A stretch of DNA of 64,000 nt from Minutocellus sp. GHC0000111 (GCA_977018835.1 OZ361256.1:124001-188000); one strand, 5' to 3'. Shown: positions 12,461-26,800, numbered from the stretch's first letter. Notes: generated by a model not told the origin, from the sequence alone. Program-made: numbers and translations.

Positions 12461-15400
12461 ATGCAAATATGTCACGACGAACCATTTGAAGGCACATCAG
12501 TTAATGCTCCCATGCAGTCTGTATCGCCTCTTCGCGACAACGACGTTCTGTTCGGTCGGGGCAAGGGACCCCAAAATCACCCCGGAAATGTCGCCTTCCG
12601 GGCCCTCGTCGACAGCCGCAAGGCCGACTACTGGTCGGAAAATCAGGAAGTTGGCCGCAAGACGCAGCTTGCCAACGAGGTGTACGATGCCATCGTTACA
12701 CCGAAATCTTCCGTTCAGCCCGGGGGTCGATTTTTGAAGCAGGAGGACGACATGGATATTGTCGGGGCAGAATTACAGGCCGGTCGGTCCGTGTCCACGT
12801 ACGGCGGTAAATATTACATCGAGGTTCCGAGGAAGGTGGCTGTTGAAAAGTGCAAGATGGCCCTGAGGCAGAAGGTCAATGCAGCTGATCAGCGAGAGGC
12901 ACGGCGACGGAGGAATCGTCTGTCCACATCGCACGGCACAGAAAAGGCAGCGGCAGGCTCTGGTTCCTCTGCTCTAGTAGCCGCTGTGTCATCTGGAACC
13001 GATATTAACTCGGAGGACGTGCGACCGGACCAGATATCGTCGGCAGCCTCCGCAATGATGGGCGATGCAACGTCATCATCGCTTGATCGGATAGATCTAC
13101 CGGCAGATCTCGATTCCTTGCAATTCTTGGATGCTGATCTGGACATGTTGCCATTGGATGAATCAACCTCCCGACCACTTCCAAGTCATCATTTGGATGA
13201 TGTGAATGAGAGACATGTTTCGAATGCGGGGAAAGCTGCAGGAACAACCCACCCGACAACAACCGCGAATGTAGGCGCTGGTGGTCTACAGGATGTAAAT
13301 GGAGGCACTACCGATCCGGACCAAATTCCTGACCAGTCTTCAACGGAGCCAACGAGGACGACCCCGCTGTGTGATGGAATTCAAGATTTAAGCCTTGGTG
13401 GCGGAGGCGATCCAGGCGACCCTGTGGGCAACGGTTTATCGTCGGTGATTGAGACTTCTCTCATTTCCGTTCGAATGTACCAGTCAGCCCTGGAGGCTGC
13501 GGGTGGTTTTGATGCCAATTCACTTGGGCGTATTTTGTACGATGTCTTTGCCGATGCTAGCGAGGGATCCGACTCTACTAACCGTCTGACCAAACCATCC
13601 TCGCGCGCAGATGGTGGTGCCGGGCCAGCAAAAGAGATCGCCGAAATACTGCAAGCTACCAGCCTCTTGTGGCTTTTGGATATCCAGCTTCTCTATCGCA
13701 CCTCGTAGATTTTCTCCTGGGTCAGACTCCGTCAGAGATATTTTATTCGTCCTCTGCAGAAGTTGAAAGCGACTTGCGTGGAATATTGAGAACCAAAATT
13801 GGAGATGTCGAGGTGAACAACGAAAGATCACAAGTCGGTGGCCGGCTCTGTTTAGACAACAGTCGACTCTTTGGACGGGAGGAAGAGCTTCGCACTATCT
13901 TCTCAGCATATGATTGCGTCGTTCGCGACAGAAAAGAAACTCGCACCTTCGTAAGTATATCTGGCTATTCAGGCACGAGAAAGACCTCTCTGGTGAATCA
14001 ACTTGGCCGTCGTTTGCTTGAAGATAACGCGTCGCTCATCAGATGTAATTTTACTGAGCAAGGACAGCCGACGGCAGCGTTATTCAAAGCCTTCGATGAC
14101 TATTGCCGGCACATGTCTGATTCCGATGACCAAGAATGGGTTGGTCAAATCAGACGAAATGTCAGAAACACTCTTGGCTCGAATTCACATGTATTGTCTG
14201 GTTGCCTCCCGAGTCTACGTTCCTTTCTTGGTGAGGAACCTAGCTCACCTCCCGCCGCTGCAGAGACAAAGGAAGAAGCAATGAATCAAATTTTATTTTA
14301 CTTCTTCAAGTTTGTTCGGGCAATTTCTGGGCCTGAGCATCCCCTTGTATTTGTTCTCGATGATATCCAATGGTGCAATAAAAACACATTGGAACTGGTA
14401 AAATCGATGCTAAGGGACACCGGGATTGCTTCTGCGCTATTCATCGGTTGCTACCGCGACGAAGAGGTTGGAGACGACCATTGCTTTGCTGATCTGTTTG
14501 GAGAACTCGCGATGGAAGAATCGCTACCGCTTGTTTCTATAACTCTTCAAAATGTGGACGCTGGTGGCGTAAACGCATTTGTGTCCTCTGTTTTTCACTT
14601 GGACCCTCGATATACTCGCCCCCTTGCTCAAGTTCTACATCGGAAAACGCAAGGAAATCCCATGTTTGTTCGCCAGCTTCTGCTTTCTTTGGTTGATGAT
14701 GGCTCACTTGCATTCTCAGCGATCGGTCGAAGATGGACATGGCAGCTTGGGTTGATAGCCGCCAAGCCAATTGCCAGTAATTCTGTTTCGTTTATGGTTG
14801 GTATGATGAAGACTTATCCGGAAGGCATACAGGACATTCTTCGTTTAGTGGCTCTGCTTGGTACAAGCTGCAGACAAGATCTCCTCGAAAAGCTACTTGA
14901 GTCATACGGACATGGACAACAACTTCGCTCACTCGAAAGCATTAGGGAAGTTGCCACCGGAGGGATTTTAATTCCAGATGGTTCGGGTGTTTTGTGCTTT
15001 TCACATGACCAACTTTTCCATGCCGCTCGTGCCCTTACCCCATCCGAGGAGCAGCCCCTTGCCCACCTTGATATTGGACGCCGTCTTCTCAAGTCGACGG
15101 ACGGTGATCTGAATGGGCTTTCCCCAGACGTTGTAGCTACAATTGTTGATCAGTACAATGAGGGAATCTCTCTTCTAGTTGACCACGAAGAGGAATTGGC
15201 TCTGGCCGAGCTAAATCTTCTTGCTGGTGAAATAGCCTTGAATTCTGCATCATACCTTCAGGCGGCAATTTATTTTCTCCGGGGGTGCGGTTTAGTAAGG
15301 GAAGAAGATTGGAACACTCGATACAATACCTGCCTGCGCTTATTTACCTTCAGCGGCGAAGCGCAAATTACTCAGGGAATGGCCGGTGGCTCTATCATCG

Positions 15401-18400
15401 CCGCAAAAGAAGTTTTGAAGCATGGAAGAAGCTTCAATGATAAACTTCCTGCTCATCAGGCTTTGCAGCAGGGGGCTGCGGGTGACCCATTTCTTCTAGT
15501 GCTGCCCGGATTGGCACTGCATCTTTCATGTTGAAAAACAGTCCTCCCAATTCGGCTTCAGCGGCTGAGGACGTTACATGCTTGATGACATTGGCATTGA
15601 CGAGGATGGCTCCATTCATTGGTGGCATGGGATCACTTGAGTCAGGCTGGCGGTGCGGGTGCTTAGGTCGGGAGCTTAGGTAGAAGTGCCCTCCGAGCTT
15701 GCTTCTTGATTTCGGGGCTGACAAGCAGGAGGCGTCGCTGTGCACATGTAGGATCATGTCTGACTTGACGCATCGAATGACTGCGTCGGGATGGGTTGCA
15801 AGGTAATCTAGAAGCTTCTTGGCATCTTGTCGAGTGCGCTCGGTAGCTTTGGATTGTTCCGCTGAGATGCTGTTGAGCGCCGGCAAAATTGTTGAATCAA
15901 TTGCTCGACCACAGTGCAAGGAGCTGCCCACCACCTGTTGAATTTCGTTGATGCCTTTGGCGTCGAGTGGTGGTGAGTCGTCTTCCGGTTCTGGCAGCTG
16001 GGGTCCCGGGCCATGCGTCGGACGATTCCATCGATATGGCGCATGCTCGGGCCGTGAGGGGCGGTCGTGTTGGAACTTGTGGCGCATCTCCTTGACGCAG
16101 TCAGGCATAGACAGATCCACCCATTTGGCCTCGTAGTTCCACTCGAGTTGAACACCACAACAAAGTTGGCCTTCCCAATCGGCAGTGATCTTGTACTTGG
16201 AGTTGAGGGCCTGAATGAGATGGTCTGCATGCTCTTTCCCGACATGCTTTACTCCAAAATCGTCAACGGTTAGGCAAAAGGTAATTGGGCGGGTTTTGTG
16301 CCTCCAAAGGCCGGCAGTGCGCTTGCAAGGGAAATAGCCATGGGGTTTGAGATGCTTGACAAGTTGATCGTAGGCTAGGCGCCCTGCCTGGGGTAATCCA
16401 CACATTCCGCCATCGATTCTGACCAACACTCGACCATTCTTTACTTTGTCGTGGAGGTCGTAGGCTTCCATGACTTCGTCGGGGATGAGAGCTACTGGCG
16501 CCCACATCCATTCTGGCTCTGGCATGGTGCTGTTGAGATAGAAGTCACTGACATCAATTCCCATGAAACGAGCGTTGTCTGCAGAGATGACGCTGTTGAA
16601 AAGTAACTTTGCAGTCAACATTTCAGCGGTCGGGGTCGAGACTGTACCAGGGTAATGAATTTTGTCGCCTCCTGCAGTCCATCGAACTCGATTGGGATTT
16701 GGTTTATGGGAGCGACAGTCGGCGACAATGCGGAGGCATGTGGCTTTTTCCCCCCGAGGCAGTTCGGACCAGTGGACGAAAGCCATTGCATTGGAGGGAA
16801 TGCTAGCACTGTTTCCAACTCGGCCGTCCGTTAGCCGTCCAATTTCATCGATGTTTGCTTGAATGAATTGGTCCCTCATGTTCGTTTTGAGGAGGTCGCG
16901 GTGTTCAAGCATTGCACCAGTGTCGGGATGGACGACGGCGTTAGCAAAGTGTTGGAGGTTTGGTAAAGGCGAGAACGCTGCCATGTTGGCCACGTGGTGG
17001 GCACCACGACGAGATGATGGCCGTGGGGGAGGGTTCTGATGTGGAATGTACCCTCGCTGACGGCATGATCGTCGTCGAGGTGGTTTGGCGGTCGATGGTT
17101 TGGACTTGCTTGTCGATTTTGCTGGAGCTGGCAATGTTGGAGTGGTGTCGATCGTTGGAGACTTGCGTTTACGTTGCCGACGGGAGGTGGGGGCATTGGA
17201 ACTTTGATTGGATGTTACGACGGTTGCATCGTCGTCATGATTATCATCATCGTCGCCGTTGGGCTCGTCTACTGCAGCCAAAGGATTGTAGTAGTTGGAA
17301 GAAACTGACGTTATGCTGGTGTTGGTTTTCCGGATGGTATCAAAGTCTATGACGTCTGGGCTAACAGCAGAGGCTTCGTTTGGCTTTGCAGCTCTTTCGT
17401 TTGCCTTGTGCGGTCTCGGAAAGTATGAGCTTTCGTCGTTTTGCGCCCGTATAGCTTCAGCCTTGCTCCAGAAATTTGAGCAAAAGTACTCGCACATTGT
17501 CCACTTGCTGCTGAATTGCTCTATTCTGCCCTACAGGCAGCCGCAGCAGGCATGTGTAGAGCAATTATATGCCGCTTACGAGGATGCCATGTCCGTTGGA
17601 GCTGTTGAGTGGGGCTTGGTCAACTTAGCCAGGTCTTTGCAAGCTTCATTATTCGCTCCGGATCGGAATTCTTCTTTACAGGATTATTTGGACAGAATTG
17701 CCAAAGCAAATGCAATTTTTGTTTCTTTCAAGCATCACATTTTTGTCTTGTACAACCTGTACCTTCTTCACGCTATTCCCAGTCTGATGAGCGGCGATGG
17801 AACCAGCAACCCTCTCAGTTCGCTCACGCTTAGTGAAGAGATTTTAGAGCCCTTCGACCAAAAGGCGCGTGACCATGTAATGCGTACTAGTAGAAGCATC
17901 ACACTGCATGTCTGGTTCAGCTGTCTCTTTGGCGTTTATGAGAATGCAAAAAAGCGAGTTGACGATGTTCTGAGAATTATGAAAATGAACCCCTTTGCCC
18001 CCTCCTTTGATACATACAACGAATGCTTTTATGCCGCTCTAATTGCTTTTGCGTTGCTTCGAAAGGGAGATACTGATAAAGATTACTGGGAATGCATTGC
18101 GGCAGATGTTATGGAAAAGTTCAATACGTGGGCAGCAATCGGGAGCGGATGGAACTTTAAGAGCAAGATGAGTATGCTTATTGCCGAACAAGCTTTTTAT
18201 CGTGGTGATTTTGATGCCGCCAGGGCGTCTTATTTTCAAGCTGCCCATAACGCGAGAGAGATAGGATTTATCCAAGAGGAGGCTCTTGCTTGCGAGCTTG
18301 CGGGGGACTTTCATTGCATGCGGGAAGAATTTCTGGAGGGACGTGTTTATTTGCAAAGATCCATCGAGCTATACACACGGTGGGGAGCGCGCAGAAAAGC

Positions 18401-18449
18401 GATTCACGTGCGCCAAAGGCTTTTGAGCTTTGAACAAGATGCTAAGTAG
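12461..18449 (+). pseudogene. Paralogous DUF6824-like + STAND-like ATPase gene, copy B, disrupted
   Basis: Colinear with copy A. It has a frameshift in the A-run at ~13630, an altered Walker A (GYSGTRKT), and a retrotransposon fragment at 15466..17310 replacing coding sequence. Confidence 0.8.
15466..17310 (-). mobile_element. LTR-less internal fragment of the copia element (linker + RT + partial RNase H)
   Basis: Near-identical to 21841..23492 apart from an extra 193 bp. No LTR and no TSD at the junctions. Confidence 0.92.
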
Positions 18450-18495
18450 TTACACTGAGAGATTAAATTGTAAACGATTTGCCCTGAGAGAATGT

Positions 18496-20883
18496 CTACA
18501 AAGAATTCCGTCGAACTCGTCGGGTGGAATTGGTCCTAGTAGTTGTGTCAACCGAGGACTGATCCGCCCACTCGCTTTCCCTTTCACTGTCACGCTCGCT
18601 ATATCCTCCTCTGCCATCCGATTCCTCTGGGATCGCACTTGATGGCTGCGTCGACGATCTCGTCATGAACGACGATGTTAGATTGCTCGAAGCCGATTCA
18701 TTGTATGGATTATTTTCAGAGAACATGACTTTGGAAGCAGACGAAGGCAATCCCGTCATTCGGCGGGGATACGACCTGGACTGTTTCGAGGATAGTTGAT
18801 GATCTTCGTACATATGGGCAGGGGGGTCGGTGATCATATCTGGAGGGAAGTAGCTGCGCCCAGAAGTAGAGATGACTTCAATATCTTCATCATCGTCGCT
18901 ATCATCATCAAACACATACTGAACAGGGGCGGAACGGGCTGTGTACGCCACTGAATTGCCGCCCAAGGAACCTCTTCTCCTTTGTTGAAATGAGATTGGG
19001 TATCTGCCGCCACCCATCGATTCAATATCCATGTCAGCATTGGCGACAGAAGGAGCGATGGAAACAGCTCCTGGAGGTACGATTGTAGCGCCGCCATTGA
19101 GGTTGGTGGGGTCATCGGTAATAATGACTCTCTTCCGCCGTTTCCTAGCCCTACGGAGTCCATAATTGACCAAGAAACCAATAAAGAATGATGCCAACAT
19201 CAACAAGACGAAGGTAAGGATGGTCCATGCCGAGGGCCCGCCGGATGCACCACCCTCATCATCATCCCCATCTTCAACTAGTACATGAATACTGTTTCCG
19301 TCACTGCCACCGTTCGTGCCGCTTCCCCCGGCACCAGCAATGGGAAAACTCATTCCCTTTCCATTGCCGATGGAGGTAGACGAGTAGTATCTGCCGGTCA
19401 TGGGATCAAAGTAGCCACCGGGAACGTGGTGGCTGTTACTAGTACCGGCGTTGTATCCTCTCGATGGCTGTTGGTATTGATTTCCGGGCATCACGCCATT
19501 TGACGAAGCTTGTGGCATGCCGGAATAAGACGGGAAGACATTGGTAGGCCTTGGCTGCTGTTGGAATTGATTTGGAGCCATTGGCGACGAGGAAGAAGCT
19601 TGAGGACTTGTGCTAGTACTGCTAAAGTCCGGACCATTGAAGTTGCTGCCGAAGACGGTCGAACTAGCCATGGCTCCGTTTGAGGAGGAGGAGTCGTAGT
19701 GAAACTCGTTGTAGGTATCGACATTGAGAGTGTCCGGCTGGGTAATGACACGATCTTTCCCCTGAACGTAGCCGGGCTGGACATGGCAGCTCATGCAGTT
19801 GCCAAGATCATCGGGGCAGGGGACGGAGTTCACAATTTTATCGCAGCATTCTTTTACCGATAGGACCTCGCCGGCTGGCTGACAATCCCATGGACCTACG
19901 CTCATCTGCTTCCCCTGATACCGCCATGGAAAGGGATAAGTAACCTCACCAAATCCCTCTGGCCCAACAACCTTGGTCTTCTCACGATCGGTTACCAGAA
20001 CGACCTTGTAGTAGTGCTCGTCGGTAATTTGACGCTCCTTGGCCTTTTGGACGATGGGATCCTTGAACTTGATGTAGGCCTTGTTCTCGGTGTTAGTAGT
20101 TGTTCCGTGCTCGATATCTCGATAATACTCTGATTCGCCGGTACTGGAAGTGCTGCTTGTTGTGGACGCCATGCCATTGGCGTCGGAAGATGAGAACACA
20201 TTTGTTGTGCCAGCTGCGGTTCCAGAAGAGGAAGTTCCACTGAACGCCCCTTGCATGGACTGGTAACGCGAATCGGCCATTTGGCCAGCAGTCATTCCAG
20301 CAGTGGGCCGAGACTGCAACGCTTCTTGAAGTATTTCAGGGTGGGTTGCACAGTGAATGTCGAATTATTAAACGGTGAGGATAAGAATGTAAGCACTTTG
20401 TTTGGGATGCATATACGGAATCATTGTAGGAGTATAGGTCCAGATAGAGTGTACCCCTTCTTTTACTCACCACTGAGCAAATCTTCGCACTGGCTGGCAG
20501 TAAGACCAGCACACTGAGGCACCTCGTCGAGATACACAGGAGCTGCATTGGCGGCTAGATCTGATGGCGAAGGTACCACAGCTGCTGACGAATCTGCACC
20601 TTCTGAACCTGATCCCTCGCTTCCTCCTCCGCCAGCGGAGACGTCCTGAGATATGCGTATTAGATTTGCACATTGATAAAGGTGTAAGAAGCATGCCACG
20701 AATTAGACACACATATATAATATATGCAAGACAACAAATCAAGCACGTAGCAATGATATGAGATATTCTGCGATTTGAACATTCATACAAACATACACTC
20801 ATATGCACTTACAATTTTGAGCATCTGACGTTCACCGACGCTGCTGTGTTCTGTTTCCGACGAGGACATTACCGACGTTGCAT
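18496..20883 (-). CDS. Multi-exon single-pass membrane protein with Ser/Gln-rich and Cys-containing regions, apparently 5'-truncated by the transposon junction
   Basis: 607-aa ORF with TM segment WTILTFVLLMLASFFIGFLV followed by RRARKRRKR. Upstream intron 20646..20812 (GTAAGT...CTCAG). The upstream exon is open up to 20883. Exon boundaries near 20320-20470 are uncertain. Confidence 0.6.
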
Positions 20884-23800
20884 TCTCAGCTTTACAAGTG
20901 GAGAGACCAGCTCTACAAAAGCCTTGCTGATGGCATCAGCAATCCCATCGGCAGAAAGGAGGTTCGTGGAAGGAAGAAGGCACACACGGACATGATCGAG
21001 GAGAAGGAGCCAGGATGTCTCCGCGAGCTGTGTCGGCATGCTACTCGGATGAAGGGTGCGATGGCAACCTTTAAGGAGCTAGCTGACTGCATGAGCGCAA
21101 AATCAGCTGCTCCAGATGAAGACAGGCTGACAATTAGTCTCCATCGTCTTCAGCTTTTTCGCTGGTGGAAAAAGCAAGGCGGCAAGGAGAAGTCGTCGAT
21201 CGAGAAGCCGAGGCTCACCCCCGAACATTGTAGGAAGCGACTTGATTGGATCGAAAAGTGGGAGGACATCACGACCGATCCCAACATTCCTGCAGCGTGT
21301 CTTGATGAAAAGTGGTTTCACACTGCTACTCGGCGACGAAAGATCAAGATGTTGCCACTTGCTAAGAGGTCCTAAAGCTAAGCTAGATAGATATAGCTAG
21401 TAGAGGTTAACAGGACCTACGTAGATGAAAATGGGCCATCGGAGATGTCGTTGGCCCATGGATCAACGGTCAGGAGAGGGCACTGAGTCAGTGGTCTGAT
21501 CACCGTACGTACCGTACGTATGTATACGTACGTACGTATCCCACGGTGTCAACACACCCTCGCAGATCAATGACTAGTGCCATTGAATCTACATGTAGAG
21601 TCCTAATTGGAATCTACATGTAAGTAGACTGGTCGCATGTCGACATGGTAGGGGGCGGGATGGTGCTTTGTAAAATAATCGGCCAAATTTTGCGCGCTCC
21701 TTTCCGCCAGCACACCTGGAATTGTCGTTGCTCTGTGCGATCTTGGACGCAGTGGAATCTCATGTCCATAGCCTTAGACCGTCTTTGCTTGACGGTTTTA
21801 TTGGCGATTCCAGATGCTGTAGAGTTGTCAACGACGATAGCAGCAGGGGGCTGCGGGTGACCCATTTCTTCTAGTGCTGCCCGGATTGGCACTGCATCTT
21901 TCATGTTGAAAAACAGTCCTCCCAATTCGGCTTCAGCGGCTGAGGACGTTACATGCTTGATGACATTGGCATTGACGAGGATGGCTCCATTCATTGGTGG
22001 CATGGGATCACTTGAGTCAGGCTGGCGGTGCGGGTGCTTAGGTCGGGAGCTTAGGTAGAAGTGCCCTCCGAGCTTGCTTCTTGATTTCGGGGCTGACAAG
22101 CAGGAGGCGTCGCTGTGCACATGTAGGATCATGTCTGACTTGACGCATCGAATGACTGCGTCGGGATGGGTTGCAAGGTAATCTAGAAGCTTCTTGGCAT
22201 CTTGTCGAGTGCGCTCGGTAGCTTTGGATTGTTCCGCTGAGATGCTGTTGAGTGCCGGCAAAATTGTTGAATCAATTGCTCGACCACAGTGCAAGGAGCT
22301 GCCCACCACCTGTTGAATTTCGTTGATGCCTTTGGCGTCGAGTGGTGGTGAGTCGTCTTCCGGTTCTGGCAGCTGGGGTCCCGGGCCATGCGTCGGACGA
22401 TTCCATCGATATGGCGCATGCTCGGGCCGTGAGGGGCGGTCGTGTTGGAACTTGTGGCGCATCTCCTTGACGCAGTCAGGCATAGACAGATCCACCCATT
22501 TGGCCTCGTAGTTCCACTCGAGTTGAACACCACAACAAAGTTGGCCTTCCCAATCGGCAGTGATCTTGTACTTGGAGTTGAGGGCCTGAATGAGATGGTC
22601 TGCATGCTCTTTCCCGACATGCTTTACTCCAAAATCGTCAACGGTTAGGCAAAAGGTAATTGGGCGGGTTTTGTGCCTCCAAAGGCCGGCAGTGCGCTTG
22701 CAAGGGAAATAGCCATGGGGTTTGAGATGCTTGACAAGTTGATCGTAGGCTAGGCGCCCTGCCTGGGGTAATCCACACATTCCGCCATCGATTCTGACCA
22801 ACACTCGACCATTCTTTACTTTGTCGTGGAGGTCGTAGGCTTCCATGACTTCGTCGGGGATGAGAGCTACTGGCGCCCACATCCATTCTGGCTCTGGCAT
22901 GGTGCTGTTGAGATAGAAGTCACTGACATCAATTCCCATGAAACGAGCGTTGTCTGCAGAGATGACGCTGTTGAAAAGTAACTTTGCAGTCAACATTTCA
23001 GCGGTCGGGGTCGAGACTGTACCAGGGTAATGAATTTTGTCGCCTCCTGCAGTCCATCGAACTCGATTGGGATTTGGTTTATGGGAGCGACAGTCGGCGA
23101 CAATGCTGAGGCATGTGGCTTTTTCCCCCCGAGGCAGTTCGGACCAGTGGACGAAAGCCATTGCATTGGAGGGAATGCTAGCACTGTTTCCAACTCGGCC
23201 GTCCGTTAGCCGTCCAATTTCATCGATGTTTGCTTGAATGAATTGGTCCCTCATGTTCGTTTTGAGGAGGTCGCGGATGGTTTGGACTTGCTTGTCGATT
23301 TTGCTGGAGCTGGCAATGTTGGAGTGGTGTCGATCGTTGGAGACTTGCGTTTACGTTGCCGACGGGAGGTGGGGGCATTGGAACTTTGATTGGATGTTAC
23401 GACGGTTGCATCGTCGTCATGATTATCATCATCGTCGCCGTTGGGCTCGTCTACTGCAGCCAAAGGATTGTAGTAGTTGGAAGAAACTGACGAGCGAGGT
23501 GGCGCGTTGGATCGACGTGATCGACGGCTTTTAGTGGTGGCTGCATCACATGTGGAGGATTTTGCCACCCTCGGAGGTTGCTGGGGCTGAGGAAACGGAG
23601 CGTTGGGGTTGGAGACAAGGTGACAGCCTACTTCAGTATCGTTCATCTCTTCTACGTCGTCGTCCTCGTATTTGATTTTGTAGTGCTTATACTTCTTGTC
23701 AAATGCAACGACTCCACCCTTGTAATTGCGATCTCCAAACACTTTGGCGACGATGGTACCGAGGCGGAATCGTTGGGAGTCGTCATCGTTCTCCAGCACC

Positions 23801-26800
23801 CTCGGAGCTGCGGTTGTCTGCATCGTCTCATCAGAGGCGGAGGTGGCAGATTCTGCTGGGGTCACGCTGTTGAAAATCTCGGAGAGCTTTTCTAAAGCTT
23901 GACGATGCTCGTCTCGAAGGGGAGCAAGGGGTGCCGCTGGATGTGGATTCTGTAGAGCGTGCAGGAGTTCATGAGCTGCGACTATTGCTGCATCGGCCGA
24001 CGACGTTTTGGGTACCGGAATCATTTTGGGGAGCCAGACGAGTGTGTTACCAGTGCGATCCGCCCGAGTTTCCTCAATCCAAACCTTGTAACACCGGTAG
24101 TGTTCCATGGCTGGACCGACACAGTACCCATCAACGCCATGCGGGGACCAAGAGCCGCGTGCCGAGGGCATCTCGTGAAAGATGACCTTGCATCCGAGGG
24201 GGCCGAGAGGCGTGCGATTGAAATCAAAGCCGCCATTGAGTTGCTCGTGCGCTGATAGTCGAGGGTTGACTCGGGATGCTCTCAGGAAATTGAGGGTCAT
24301 TACCGCCTGCTCCAGCAATTTATCCCACAAGATGAGGGGAAAGTCGGGATCGGCACCACAGAGAATCGCAATGAAATGATTCTTAAAGGTTCGAATGGCT
24401 CGTTCGGCCGCATTTCGGCGGTGGGAGTGCGTTGGGGGGTCAATTGAAAATCTACATCCTTTTCTTCCATGAACTCCTTCAGCTCTCGACTCACTTCATT
24501 ATCCAATCGTTGCAATTTTGGGCGAAATCCTCGCTTGGAGAGGTATTCGAAAATAGTTTGGTACGCTCGGCGCATTTCCGTTCCCGATCGGCTTTTCATT
24601 GGTTCGGCCAAGATGCTGTTGGAGTCATAGTCATAGACGACCATTATGTACTGGTGGCCAGAAATAGACGACACCAAGAAACGGCCGGGCTGATCTGAGA
24701 AGATCTGGCCCGTTATGTCATGACAATCAGCAAAGACATAGTTGGTGCGCTGTTGGTGTTGTGCCGGGTGGAGATCCTGCTCGGTTTCGTCCACCCCAGG
24801 GAGAGATTTTGGCGTAGCCATCGACCGTTTGGGCTTGGTCGACCTGATGTTCTTGCGCTGCTGGTCTAAGTGACCTTTAATCATCGGTATCGACTGTGGC
24901 ATGTGCTTACGTACAAGCTTTGATGTGAGGCCTGGCCAAGATCTATAAAATCCGCATCGATTGCTTTGCACCAGGTAGATAGCTGAGGACTGCCAGCGCA
25001 CCAATGTAAAAAGGCTACACGTTCCGGAACCGTCTCCTGGGCAATTGCGGCGTTGGCAGCATGTTGGATGACGTTGGGGCCGGGGAGCGGCGACATGGTG
25101 GGCGAGCAATTAAGATCTACCATCCACAATTTCGTTGAGGGGTCTCGTTTACCTTGCAAAATGACGGCATTGTCCTTGGCGATGACTACCGAATCCTTAT
25201 CGAAAGTGGCAATACATCCATCGTCACACAGCTGCCCAATCGATAGGAGCGATGATGCCATATTATTGAAAACATAGGCCTTGCTAGCCGATGGGGAAAC
25301 CCCAGGGAGGCGAAGCGTGGCCTCATGGGTGTTCGTCATTGTGCTATTGTCCGGAAGGGTGACGCTGACAGGAATTGCTGTCTGTTGGACGTTGAAAATA
25401 GGGCCATCGTACGATAGGTGTTGGGGCTTCTGGACAAAATGTCGTTCCAGCATCTGCTGCGAGGACAATTGGCTCTTGAGTTGGAGGTTTGCTTTTTGAC
25501 GTAAGAAAAGCTAACGAAGGCGGGGAGGAGGTGGATTCAGACATGCTGTCCTCTATTTTATACTGATTAACATCCACCGTCCCTCCCGCTCAGTTACGAC
25601 GCGAGCTACCACCGCAAGGATTGCACTTGGTGGCGTTATCAACGTGGTTGGGCCCTTTGCAAGTGCATTCAAAGCTGGGGTGGTTGGACGAATAGCCGCA
25701 CGTGTGGCAACAGTGGCCTCTGGGGAGGATCGACTGCAGTTCCCGCTTCTCCTGGCGGTTGAGGTTAGGACCTTGGCCTGGGAAGTGGCCGGTGCCGTTC
25801 TGCTGGCCACCGCCGCGGTAGCCTCCACTGCCACCAGCATGGTTGCGTCCCTCACGCAGAACGCGGTTCTCGGCCTTGAGTGAAGCTGTTTCTTGGCGAA
25901 GTTTGGCAATGGTGTCATCCTTCTCGTTGCTCTTTTTGGCGAGGTTCGCCATCATGGCTTGGTTGGTCTTGAGGGCCTCGGTGGCATCAGCCAAAAGGAG
26001 ATCGGCTCGAGAAAGAAATGGATCGTCCGAGGCCGATGAGGCCAAATTCGCGCCATGACATCCTGCCGCTTCGGTGGTGGTGTTGGCCATCTTCTCATCA
26101 CACCAATCGCGGAAGTCCGACTGCATGTTGGCCCACGTGCGTTCGGCCTCCGGTCTGTCGTCCCAGTCCTCGCATGCCTTCTTTGCCAATGAGAACCTGC
26201 GCACGGAGCGGTAGAACTTGGAGACCTTTTGCTTGTTGGTGAAGGGTTCGCCGGCCGTTTCAAACGCCTTGAAGACTTTGTTGAATGTGGCGATGTGGGT
26301 GTCGATGGGTCCCCCGTCGTGCTGCTTCTCGAGCTGCTTCTCTAATTCCTCCTTCTGAGTCTCGATGAATTTCAAGTAGCGATCGGCAGTGCTGTCGATG
26401 ATTTGGCGGATGGTGACTGGCTGGAAACCGAGCATGTAATCTTCGAGATGATTGATGCAGACGGCGTCGATCGAGTCGAGGAGGAGATTCTTGAGCACCG
26501 TGTTGACTTGCTCGCACAAGTTGCAGTGGCCCTTTTCGATGTGACATCCCCGGATTGCACGATCGCGTTGGTCTAGATTGGCCACGGCGGGAATGGTGGG
26601 GCTGGGGCCAGGATTTGCCGGAGGCACATGTGGTCGGCCGTTACTTTTGGTGGTGTGTTCGGCATCGCTGACGACGAGGCCCAAATGGCCGAGGTCACAT
26701 GGTCATTGCACCCTGCTGGAGTGCTGGCCGCCGCTTGTTGAAGTTCCTTGAGCGCTTTGGCAACACGCTCGCGTTGGGGAGGTTGTCCTGGGTCATTCAT

